Sequence record: NC_049383.1
Strand: one strand, 5' to 3'
DNA: 64,000 nt
The position numbers were made by a program, and so were the translations under genes. Shown piece after piece: positions 30,846 to 39,302 of the stretch. The notes below the pieces were generated by a model. The model had not been told where the DNA came from and did not search any database. It saw nothing but the letters and a program-made list of their open reading frames with translations. The first letter of the stretch is position 1, and every line of letters starts with the position of its first letter.

Positions 30846-30910
30846 CAAATATATCACTTTTTCCGTTTATACCAAAAGAAAAAACGGAAATTTTTAAAAA
30901 TTTCCGTTTA
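30846..30910 (-). promoter_or_regulatory. promoter plus adjacent terminator palindrome
   Basis: -7 TATATTTG (30846-53), 19-nt spacer, TTTG; 28-bp palindrome aaacggaaatttttaaaaatttccgttt (30883-30910). Confidence 0.7.
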
Positions 30911-31068
30911 ATTTCCGAATAAAAAATAAAAAGGTTACTTTATTACACACACGGGCGCGCACCGCGCTACTGATTGGTCTTTTCACATATGATATATGAT
31001 ATGCTTTTGGATTTCGATTTAATAGTTAGCTATTCTATAAACCATCACAATCATTTCACTTTTTATTT

Positions 31069-31509
31069 CTATTTTCTTTCAGGCATACCGTATTTCATAC
31101 CCATTTTAATACAAATTGCACCAACCTTTCTTATATAGTTCATTGCACTTTTATAAGGCTCGTGTTCGTTATACCATTCTCTATTTGCTTTATCCAAGTT
31201 GTAACGAATAGCTTCCATACCTGATGATAAAGGGAAATTTTCAACAATATGTGAATCATTTTTAGGTTCATGATTTTTAATATAGTCTAATTCAGTATTT
31301 ACAACATCATAAATCTTTTGTCTTTGAGCATTTTCAATACTGAAAATTTCACTTTCTTTAACTACGCCAGTTTTACTCTCATCAATCGCTTGAATCATTG
31401 CTCTAATATATACATCATCAGGTATATCACAACAATCAACATTAGGATTTTCATTTAAAAATCCACTAATATGAGACGTTAAAATCTCCTTTAATCTAGT
31501 TTGTTTCAT
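31069..31509 (-). CDS. hypothetical protein, possible MazG-like helical fold
   Basis: C-terminal AMNYIRKVGAICIKMGMKYGMPER pattern. Confidence 0.4.
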   Translation of the reverse strand: MKQTRLKEILTSHISGFLNENPNVDCCDIPDDVYIRAMIQAIDESKTGVVKESEIFSIENAQRQKIYDVVNTELDYIKNHEPKNDSHIVENFPLSSGMEAIRYNLDKANREWYNEHEPYKSAMNYIRKVGAICIKMGMKYGMPERK

Positions 31510-31867
31510 CTATTTTAGTTTTAGTTGTTTCAATATTTTCACATTCATCTTTATATACAAAATCCATTGACATACTATCAATATTATTAACATCAGGTGG
31601 TGATAATGGTTTAATTACAATAAGTTCAGAATCAATACTTTTCAAACTTTCTTTTATAATCTCGTTTGAATCCATAGCTTTAGCAAAAGGACATTCTTTC
31701 ATATTTTCAATGAACTTATTATCAACAACACTCCATGTTATGTTTGGATTTACATCATGTGTAATAAATCTTAAAGGTTCTTGTGATTCATTTATATATG
31801 AATCTAATATTTGTAAACCCTTTTTACCTTCTTCTGTTATCTTTTCTGACTTTTCTTTTGAGAACAT
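31496..31867 (-). CDS. hypothetical protein
   Basis: 123-aa ORF. Confidence 0.7.
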   Translation of the reverse strand: MFSKEKSEKITEEGKKGLQILDSYINESQEPLRFITHDVNPNITWSVVDNKFIENMKECPFAKAMDSNEIIKESLKSIDSELIVIKPLSPPDVNNIDSMSMDFVYKDECENIETTKTKIDETN

Positions 31868-31938
31868 ATATTTTATATTTTTGTATTAAATTCTATGTAA
31901 AGATAACACTTTTTTCTGATATACAAAAAATATTTTTA

Positions 31939-32030
31939 CAAAAAAGACCCACCGATGTCCGAAGTCGTGGGTCTTATTGTAGTTACTATGAATAACTTTG
32001 TCAAAAATGACTAAAAAGAAAAATTTGTTT
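31939..32030 (-). ncRNA. candidate small RNA
   Basis: ATG-free ~90 nt between promoter 32036-66 and the terminator; two small hairpins. Confidence 0.35.
31940..31975 (-). terminator. intrinsic terminator with cUUCGg loop
   Basis: minus strand AAGACCCAC-GACUUCGGACAUCG-GUGGGUCUU followed by a U-tract. Confidence 0.8.
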
Positions 32031-32035
32031 CTATG

Positions 32036-32065
32036 CAAATATATAACTTTAAATCTATACCACAA
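32036..32065 (-). promoter_or_regulatory. Bacteroidota-type promoter
   Basis: -7 TATATTTG (32036-43), 19-nt spacer, TTG. Confidence 0.65.
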
Positions 32066-33238
32066 CTATTTTTGTAATTTTTCTCGATTTTTCTTATCCT
32101 TTCTCATTTCACTAATAGGTTTTATAAGCTCTCCATAGCCATGAACCTCTTTACCAATATACTCATGACAATAAGAAATTCTAGAATTATGCGCCCAATG
32201 ACTCTCATAAGGTCTTGGTGCGTTTCTCTTTTTACGAACCTTACCATTATCTCCTGTAGGTTTCCAATCATCAACATTTTTGTTTCTAGATTCACCCAAA
32301 GCAGGATGTACTGTTTTTGTATAGTAGCGTCTTCCATCTGCTTTATAAATAGCACCTGTAAAGTTACTAATCTGATATCCTAAACCTAAACCTTGAAAAT
32401 CAGGCAAAACAACTATTCTACTTTCACGGAATGCTCTTTTAATAAACGGTGATGGTAGTGGTGATATTACATTAATTCAAACAGGAACACCATTCCAAGT
32501 AAATAGGTAATGCGCATATGATTTATTGTTTAGTTCGGTTAGATAATGATGTTTTTTGAACAAATCCCAAGTACCATACTCGACTCTACTAACTTGTAAT
32601 TCGATTTTTGGTCTGCTTCCGAGCCGATGTTCGCCTATCTCTAGTGCGCCCCCTTTTTGTGGTGAACACGTCCAATCAGGTGTTAACCATTCCATTATAT
32701 CATAGTGACAACAAGCCAAAATGATTTTCTTATTATATTTTCTGATATACTTTTGAAGTGCGAAACTCATCGATTTAGCAACATTTCTATCTACTACAGA
32801 TGTGTACTCATCAACTAATATAATTTCACCTTCATTAGAATTTGCAACTAAATAAGCTAATTTTGCTCTATATTGTTCACCATTGCTAAGTGTTTTATAT
32901 GGTCTTAACCATGACGGTACAGAAGAAAGACCCATAGATGAAAGTAGTTTACAGGCTTCTCTAGGTTCTATGAAGTCAAAGTTTTGGATTAAAGGTTTAT
33001 TCTCATCGAAATTTACATCTTTAAGAGTTCCATAATCTTTAAGTATTGATGTTTTACCCGAACCACTTGCTCCATAAATTACACCAATATTCCAATTGAA
33101 GTTTTCGTCTTCAAGTTTAGAAAGGTCGTAATTAATTTCAGTTACTGTTTGTTCTCTATTTTGGATATCATAAGTTTCATAAATATAATCTGTATATTCA
33201 CTATTAATGATATCGTGTTTAAGTTCTATTTTATTCAT
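32066..33238 (-). pseudogene. ABC-type ATPase - GNAT acetyltransferase fusion with one in-frame TGA (32477-79)
   Basis: GASGSGKT, LSNGEQ, VDEY; after WNGVPV*, INVISPLPS...SRIVVLPDFQGLGLG (acetyl-CoA motif A) continues in frame to TAG 32066. Confidence 0.85.
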
Positions 33239-33998
33239 TCTTTAAAATTTGAAAATTTTCTACACTAATTAATCCACAAGATTCTTTCATTTCACCAATC
33301 TTTATACGTAATGTCTTGTTTTTTATTCTTTTTGGTTTTGAATTTAACATTGGTAATGCATATTCGAATCCTTTATAATCATATACCTTATAATCACTAA
33401 ATTCAAAACGTATTTTAGTACCTTTTATATCGAACCATTGATACGCAATCTCTTCACTATTCAAAAAGCTAGTATCTATTTTTAGATTCCTGTCAATCTC
33501 TACATCTATGTAATCACCAACTGTTAAAGTTCTGAAAGGTGATAATTCCTTTAAATCCATTATCTCCTTGGCTTTTTCTTTATGAATATAAACACCATCC
33601 ATTTCAACATAACCATTTGATTCAAGTACTTTAGATGCCACTATTGAACCAGTTTTTTCGAAATACCAACATAAGTATTCCATATCGAGACATTCGAATA
33701 TATTTTTGTCGCGATACTTCCCGAACATGAAAAATGGTGAAATTTTATCAGGTAATTCACACCACCCTTTTTTGCGCTCAGTCCATGAATTAAATTTACC
33801 TTTTAGATGAAAGTCAACATCTAATTTTGTACAACCCATTTCTTTAGCCTTCTGCTTTGCTTTGTTTTCACACATTGAAAGGTTTTGTATAAACGCATAA
33901 TGAGTAACTATATATGGTAAATTAATTCTACTAAATTCTGTTGTTGTTTTCACATCCCAAAGAGTGTAATAAACGCTTGTAAATCCTATATGTAACAT
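33231..33998 (-). CDS. hypothetical protein with FGKY motif
   Basis: FMFGKYRDKNI...YLCWY (DUF3820-like motif). Confidence 0.65.
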   Translation of the reverse strand: MLHIGFTSVYYTLWDVKTTTEFSRINLPYIVTHYAFIQNLSMCENKAKQKAKEMGCTKLDVDFHLKGKFNSWTERKKGWCELPDKISPFFMFGKYRDKNIFECLDMEYLCWYFEKTGSIVASKVLESNGYVEMDGVYIHKEKAKEIMDLKELSPFRTLTVGDYIDVEIDRNLKIDTSFLNSEEIAYQWFDIKGTKIRFEFSDYKVYDYKGFEYALPMLNSKPKRIKNKTLRIKIGEMKESCGLISVENFQILKNE

Positions 33999-34000
33999 TG

Positions 34001-34246
34001 TTATATGAATTTAATTTCTTTAGTTTTACTTCTCTCAATATCGTTTTCAATCTTACAAACTTTATTTGCAAACATTAAAACTAATAAACCACGGTTTTCA
34101 TTCCATTGTTTAGGAGTTATACCAACTTCTTTAGCGATTTCAGCACATTTTTTGACAAACTCTTTATCATTAACCAACTCTTCACGTCTTTTTAGCTCGT
34201 TAGATATCATTTGTTGTGCTTTATTTATTTCTATTGCAGTATTCAT
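34001..34246 (-). CDS. hypothetical protein
   Basis: 81 aa after promoter 34265. Confidence 0.75.
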   Translation of the reverse strand: MNTAIEINKAQQMISNELKRREELVNDKEFVKKCAEIAKEVGITPKQWNENRGLLVLMFANKVCKIENDIERSKTKEIKFI

Positions 34247-34264
34247 TTTTAATTATTTATACAA

Positions 34265-34295
34265 CAAATATAAAATATTTAAAGTTATTGACCAA
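34265..34295 (-). promoter_or_regulatory. Bacteroidota-type promoter
   Basis: -7 TATATTTG (34265-72), 20-nt spacer, TTG. Confidence 0.7.
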
Positions 34296-34710
34296 GAACA
34301 TTTTTAGATTTTTCGAAAATGTCATTAAAAAGAAACTCTTTTGTTATTATAATAGGTTCTAACGAATATACTTTTTCATGACTTATAGACACGCTAGTAT
34401 TGATGTTATTCAACGATGATAGCTTTTTAAAAAGTTCTTTAGGTTTTATACAAAGCTTTGCGGGAATATTAGAACCATAAGAATTTGTATATTGTTCAAC
34501 AATCGCATAATTTGAATTTGGTCTAGTTAATATTTTTGTTTTAGAAAAGTTACCTTCACCACCACTAAGATGGTAAAGATATGACATCTTATCTTTTTCT
34601 AACATTTCTAAAAACTTTATACTTTCGATATCATTATCAAATGGTATCAATGCTTCTAAAATAACATTATTGAAGTATTTTAAAATAATCTTTATAACTA
34701 TAGCTTCCAT
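34285..34710 (-). CDS. hypothetical protein
   Basis: 141-aa ORF. Confidence 0.75.
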   Translation of the reverse strand: MEAIVIKIILKYFNNVILEALIPFDNDIESIKFLEMLEKDKMSYLYHLSGGEGNFSKTKILTRPNSNYAIVEQYTNSYGSNIPAKLCIKPKELFKKLSSLNNINTSVSISHEKVYSLEPIIITKEFLFNDIFEKSKNVLGQ

Positions 34711-34713
34711 ATT

Positions 34714-35226
34714 TTATAATTTTTCGATTAATTTAATGTTTGATTGCTTCTTAGATATTTTGATATGACGAACCCATTCAGCATCAGAACAACCATAAGT
34801 AACTTCTAAACCTAATTTTTCACAAGCTTTACCAACAGACTCCATTAATTCGAAGTTATCTTTTCTAGAACCGAAAATAGTCTCAACACCTAAACCATAA
34901 TTACAAGCTCTAACATTAGGTAATGATTTATCAGCGTTTATAATATCAGCAACCTTTTTAAAATCACTAGTATAATTTCTGTAAGTAACGTTTTGTTTCT
35001 TAGATATACGCTCTAAAACGTACTCTGTTGTATAAGCCTTAACCTTTGGTATTTTAATAGTGAAATTTTCGAAAAATGAATCAGGAGTATATACTATTAA
35101 TTCAATAACGTCTTTTGTTAAAGTATCTTTGCAAAATTCTTTTTCAGAAGTGAATCTAGTTGTATATCCTAAAGAGTTTAATTCCTTAACTGTTTCTTTT
35201 ACGTTTTTTAATTGAGTATTTGTCAT
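34714..35226 (-). CDS. hypothetical protein
   Basis: 170 aa after promoter 35250. Confidence 0.8.
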   Translation of the reverse strand: MTNTQLKNVKETVKELNSLGYTTRFTSEKEFCKDTLTKDVIELIVYTPDSFFENFTIKIPKVKAYTTEYVLERISKKQNVTYRNYTSDFKKVADIINADKSLPNVRACNYGLGVETIFGSRKDNFELMESVGKACEKLGLEVTYGCSDAEWVRHIKISKKQSNIKLIEKL

Positions 35227-35249
35227 TTTATCTATTATTAAATTCTATA

Positions 35250-35289
35250 CAAATATAAAAAACCTTTTGGAAACTACCAAAAGGTTTTT
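35250..35289 (-). promoter_or_regulatory. promoter overlapping terminator
   Basis: -7 TATATTTG (35250-57), 20-nt spacer, TTTG (35278-81) in the stem of 13-bp hairpin 35258-89. Confidence 0.8.
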
Positions 35290-35292
35290 CAA

Positions 35293-35529
35293 TTATTTTA
35301 TTCCACTATATATTAAAACTATGATAATCATATAAATGAATGCTAGAAAAAATGTACACAAGAAGTGAAATATAAATAACGGAATGTTATCTAAATACGA
35401 TTTTTTAAGTTCATCATAACCACCAACAAACCAACTACCAGTTAAAATCATAGTAGCTAATGAAAGTATTATACTAATTATCAGGAATACAATTCCCAAT
35501 AAGATATTATTATTTAAAAGTGATTCCAT
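35293..35529 (-). CDS. small 2-TM membrane protein
   Basis: 78 aa, two hydrophobic helices. Confidence 0.7.
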   Translation of the reverse strand: MESLLNNNILLGIVFLIISIILSLATMILTGSWFVGGYDELKKSYLDNIPLFIFHFLCTFFLAFIYMIIIVLIYSGIK

Positions 35530-36086
35530 GACACACCGATACTATAACTTAACATATTAGGATTGTATTTGATAGTAGGTGAAAAAATCCAGTTATTATC
35601 CAATTTCCAGTAATACTTTATACCAAAATCTATCAATGTTTCTCTAAACTTTGAAGCTTCATTATTATTTATATTAAGCACATTTAGATATGATGTTACA
35701 CCAGTTAAAAGAAAAAAGTTATCAGTAACCTCAACACCAAAATTTAATGAAACGCCTCGAACCCAATTCCTAGTTACATAATTACCTTCATTGAAACCTA
35801 TTTCATCATAGGTACAATCATCACAAGCTGATGAGGTTGGATTACCATTCTTAAAATATTGCTTATCAGAGACAAATCCCGAATGCTCCATGCCTAATAT
35901 AATACGATTTGCCCAAACCCTTGTTGAATCTCTTTGATTCATATCAAATATAAAGTTAAATCCTGCATTATAACCAAACGTGTACTTACTATCTTTATGG
36001 TCGGCATAACCTGCATAAAGTTCATATCTTTGAGCATAAGCTCCTAAAGATAAAACTAGTATTAAAATTGTTAAAAGTTTTTTCAT
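35514..36086 (-). CDS. outer-membrane beta-barrel protein
   Basis: Sec signal MKKLLTILILVLSLGAYA|Q; alternating amphipathic strands; aromatic C-terminus YSIGVSWNHF. Confidence 0.75.
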   Translation of the reverse strand: MKKLLTILILVLSLGAYAQRYELYAGYADHKDSKYTFGYNAGFNFIFDMNQRDSTRVWANRIILGMEHSGFVSDKQYFKNGNPTSSACDDCTYDEIGFNEGNYVTRNWVRGVSLNFGVEVTDNFFLLTGVTSYLNVLNINNNEASKFRETLIDFGIKYYWKLDNNWIFSPTIKYNPNMLSYSIGVSWNHF

Positions 36087-36110
36087 AATATTTAATTTAG
36101 TTTTTATTAA

Positions 36111-36137
36111 AAAAGCCGTAACAATGTCACGGCTTTT
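36111..36137 (-). terminator. intrinsic terminator
   Basis: aaaagccgt/acggctttt between the lipoprotein and barrel genes. Confidence 0.65.
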
Positions 36138-36164
36138 GTCTTATTTTCTATTCTTTATTCTTTA

Positions 36165-37058
36165 TTAGTTTCCACCTAAATCAGTAGGACAATCAGGACA
36201 GTAAGTTTCAATCCAATCTTGGAAATTTAAAGTAATTCCTTGGATATCTTCGAACAAACCCGTATCTGTAACCTCATAAACACAAGTGATTGATGTAGAA
36301 GCTGTAATCTCTAATACCTTGTTATACACTTTAATGATTTGACCAGTAGATTTACTATAAATATTGAATCTTAATGTAATAGTGTTTCCAACTAATGCTG
36401 TCTCATCAGACCAATAAGAAATTAATGATTCATTTTTCTTTAATTCTTTTGTATCTACTACAACACCGTCCTGTAAAACATCCACAATACATAATGTATT
36501 ATTTTTCACCCAAGAACCCGATTTATAACGTAATACTGATAATCTACGACCATGTTGAGTACGCATATCTAAGTTTACAACATTTGTTCCTTGTACAATT
36601 TCTTTAGTTTGTGGTGTAGCTTCATATAAAACGTATGGTAAAACCGACTTATAACTATTGATATTACCATTGAATTTAGTTAAATTATTGTAACCTATTG
36701 CTGATGTTGTAGTCCATGCTGTAATTTCATTTGAACCAATTGCAACATCGTCCATTTCAAAGTTATCTAATGCACCAGTTGTAGAGTTAGGAACTAAAGT
36801 AAATGTTTCTTGTGCTGTGTGATTTAAACCAGTATTATCAAAATTAATTGTCACATCTTTAACCCAGTCATAAATTCCATTTCTCTTAACGTCTTTTGAT
36901 GCCTTTGTTTCTTCTGAACTTTTTGCTGACGATTGTTGATTGAAAATTGATACTACTTTTGTGGTTTGAATACCATCATTTGGTAATTCGTCATGGGATG
37001 AGCATGATGTAAATCCGATTGTTAACACCGCTACTAATAAATAAATGATTTTTTTCAT
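36165..37058 (-). CDS. Bacteroidota-type lipoprotein, beta-rich
   Basis: MKKIIYLLVAVLTIGFTS|C lipobox followed by SSHDELPND; T/V/N-rich beta content. Confidence 0.8.
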   Translation of the reverse strand: MKKIIYLLVAVLTIGFTSCSSHDELPNDGIQTTKVVSIFNQQSSAKSSEETKASKDVKRNGIYDWVKDVTINFDNTGLNHTAQETFTLVPNSTTGALDNFEMDDVAIGSNEITAWTTTSAIGYNNLTKFNGNINSYKSVLPYVLYEATPQTKEIVQGTNVVNLDMRTQHGRRLSVLRYKSGSWVKNNTLCIVDVLQDGVVVDTKELKKNESLISYWSDETALVGNTITLRFNIYSKSTGQIIKVYNKVLEITASTSITCVYEVTDTGLFEDIQGITLNFQDWIETYCPDCPTDLGGN

Positions 37059-37120
37059 AAAATTTAAAATTTAAAATTAATAATTATTTTTATTTTTAAT
37101 GTTACCCCCGTAACACGTTG

Positions 37121-37153
37121 CAAATATAAAACCTTTTTCTAATATAATCCAAA
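37121..37153 (-). promoter_or_regulatory. Bacteroidota-type promoter
   Basis: -7 TATATTTG (37121-28), 21-nt spacer, TTTG; gttac-cccc-gtaac hairpin at the predicted 5' end. Confidence 0.75.
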
Positions 37154-37200
37154 TATTTTTTGAATTTTTGAAATTATTTTTTAAAGTGTTGACTTTCAAC

Positions 37201-37683
37201 CTAATGTTTACAAAATAATTCATACTTGAAAGATGTTAATATTTCGCTTTGTTCGATAAAGTTTGCTATAAATACAACCGTAGATGATTCCTTATCATTT
37301 TTAACAACATCTACCATCGATGTAAAGTTTTCTTCATTAATGATATATGTATTTATATTACGACCATAATACCCACTCAAATCAATTTCATTAACTTGTA
37401 TATCACCAAAAATTAAAACTTGAACATCATTACCTTTTGTTTCGAATGGGTGACAAAATGTGTACTCCTGTGTAAAGTAATTAACTTTACCAACAATAGG
37501 AATCATTGGTGTTTGTGGTATAATATCTTGTGCTATTGTTATACATCTTTGTTCTATCACCGAACCAGTTAAGAAAAGTTTTTCTTTAATTTCTTCCATA
37601 GAATTTTTTGAGTTTTTGATTTCTTCTTCTGATGGAATATTTATCGGGTCTATACTAGCATTAGATAATTTTACTTCTTTCAT
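37201..37683 (-). CDS. hypothetical protein
   Basis: 160 aa, ATGA-coupled to the upstream gene. Confidence 0.75.
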   Translation of the reverse strand: MKEVKLSNASIDPINIPSEEEIKNSKNSMEEIKEKLFLTGSVIEQRCITIAQDIIPQTPMIPIVGKVNYFTQEYTFCHPFETKGNDVQVLIFGDIQVNEIDLSGYYGRNINTYIINEENFTSMVDVVKNDKESSTVVFIANFIEQSEILTSFKYELFCKH

Positions 37684-38102
37684 AAATCTTTCAGTTTTGT
37701 TATATTGTGTGTTTTACATAGTACTTTTAGAAAAGGCTTAACCAGTAAATTTTGGTCGTCTTTCAAAAGTATCGTTTTATCCTTAGACCATATCTCGAAA
37801 ATTCTACAGTCTTTCAATAAAACTGGTTCATCAACAGGCGTATCATGCTCCGCATATATAATCCAAGCAAGACCACCATCACGAACCCACTTAACAGCAA
37901 TTCTTTCGAGTGCTAATTTTTGTCCGAATGGTGGTCTATTTCCTTTAACCTTTAACTCAAAGATAAACAGATACTTACCTTCAATTTCTATGAGTGCGTC
38001 GATATCTGTAGGGTGTATCTTTTTAGATTTAATACCAACAAAGTCGATAGGTTGTTTTGCTCGATTAATAGAGTGTATAAGACCTTTAGGTTTTTGCTCC
38101 AC
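37680..38102 (-). CDS. PD-(D/E)XK nuclease-like protein
   Basis: TDIDALIEIEGKYLFIFELK...PFGQ motif. Confidence 0.55.
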   Translation of the reverse strand: MEQKPKGLIHSINRAKQPIDFVGIKSKKIHPTDIDALIEIEGKYLFIFELKVKGNRPPFGQKLALERIAVKWVRDGGLAWIIYAEHDTPVDEPVLLKDCRIFEIWSKDKTILLKDDQNLLVKPFLKVLCKTHNITKLKDL

Positions 38103-38406
38103 CTTTTATAATTTTTGGCTTTCCGATAGTATTTTCATCTTCACTTACTAAAGGAACTATTGCTTCTTCTGAACTAGCTATAGTTTCTAATTCAGCACTT
38201 TTAGCTTGTTGTTCTGCTTGTCTTTGTTCAGCCCTTTCATCTAAGATTTCTTGAATTTCTTCTTCATATCTTTGTTGAAATTCTTTTTCAAGTCTTTCAA
38301 TTTGCTTTTTTTGTTTCAAATCTGATGAAAAACGTTGTTGTTTGATTTGTCTTCTGTTGTGTGCTGATTTTCTTTTTTGGTTCTTTCTGTGTTTACTCTT
38401 TGGCAT
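38086..38406 (-). CDS. protein with Arg/Lys-rich N-terminus and acidic coiled coil
   Basis: MPKSKHRKNQKRKSAHNRRQIK... Confidence 0.75.
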   Translation of the reverse strand: MPKSKHRKNQKRKSAHNRRQIKQQRFSSDLKQKKQIERLEKEFQQRYEEEIQEILDERAEQRQAEQQAKSAELETIASSEEAIVPLVSEDENTIGKPKIIKGGAKT

Positions 38407-38444
38407 ACTTATTTAAAAATTAAAATTGTTAAAAAATAAAATAG

Positions 38445-38515
38445 TGGCGAATATCACCATTTGAAGGACGAATCCTAAAGAAGCCCAAAAACCCTCACGA
38501 GTTTTATATGGGCTT
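38445..38515 (-). ncRNA. structured RNA leader (three hairpins)
   Basis: Bulged GNRA hairpin, AGGA-UUCG-UCCU, and UGGUGA-UAU-UCGCCA followed by a U-rich tract. Confidence 0.55.
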
Positions 38516-38545
38516 TTAACTAGAGAATATAATACTTTATGTAAG

Positions 38546-38707
38546 TTATTCATCTTTTATACGTTTAAGTTCCGAAATAAATGTTTTATAACATGATTTC
38601 TTTGTCTCCAACCTATTTTTTTGACTATTACTATCTGTTGAATCCAAAAGTTTATTACAATTTTCAATTCTTCTTTCGTAATCTTCAATTAATTGCTCTA
38701 CTGTCAT
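38546..38707 (-). CDS. small hypothetical protein (not in ORF track)
   Basis: 53 aa MTVEQLIEDYERRIENC...RIKDE. Confidence 0.65.
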   Translation of the reverse strand: MTVEQLIEDYERRIENCNKLLDSTDSNSQKNRLETKKSCYKTFISELKRIKDE

Positions 38708-38709
38708 GA

Positions 38710-39252
38710 TTATAAATTTGGCATATATTCTTCAATAAATCTAATCACTCGTTTTGTATATTTCAACTTATCCTTTGTGCTTTCAAAAGATAGGTCGTAA
38801 TCATACTTTTCTACATTTTCATCAGCATGGTTTGAAACACTTTCATCAAAATCTCGCCAATCCGAATCAACCAAAACAGTAAGAACATTGATAGAATCTT
38901 TTTTACATATATTTACCAACCATTCAATGTTTTCAGGCTCTCTACTATGTAAGAAACCATAATTAACACCTAAACGTTCCATTTCTTCATTAACGTGCTT
39001 GTAAGCACTTCTTAATGTGATATTATCAAGGTGTTTATCCAATGAATCCTTTGAGTCTGATAAAACAGGTCTAAAAGCATCTTTTATTTCAGGTACATCT
39101 TCTTTATAACCAAAAACTTCAAATGCTTTTTTAACCAATGTTACTGTCGAAACATTTGGAATCTCAATGTCTTTTAAATCACAAATCGTGTCTATTAAAT
39201 AATCCTTCCCAACTCTAGGATAACCATTTAAAATTATAATTGTTTTTTCCAT
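38710..39252 (-). CDS. P-loop kinase, dNMP-kinase-like
   Basis: ILNGYPRVGKD, HSREPENI; start moved to MEKT, downstream of promoter 39271. Confidence 0.6.
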   Translation of the reverse strand: MEKTIIILNGYPRVGKDYLIDTICDLKDIEIPNVSTVTLVKKAFEVFGYKEDVPEIKDAFRPVLSDSKDSLDKHLDNITLRSAYKHVNEEMERLGVNYGFLHSREPENIEWLVNICKKDSINVLTVLVDSDWRDFDESVSNHADENVEKYDYDLSFESTKDKLKYTKRVIRFIEEYMPNL

Positions 39253-39270
39253 ATTTATTATTGTTTTTTG

Positions 39271-39302
39271 CAAAGATAGTTAATTATTATTTAATCTACA
39301 AA
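39271..39302 (-). promoter_or_regulatory. Bacteroidota-type promoter
   Basis: -7 TATCTTTG (39271-78), 20-nt spacer, TTTG. Confidence 0.75.

Noticed and set aside
32477-32479. Genome-wide TGA recoding (code 4/25) or selenocysteine
   Set aside because: Long genes are intact under code 11 and only one internal TGA was found; TGA at 37680 forms a normal ATGA overlap; no SECIS-like hairpin follows the UGA
32477-33238. Annotation as an ABC transporter
   Set aside because: No permease partner, and the ATPase is in frame with a GNAT domain
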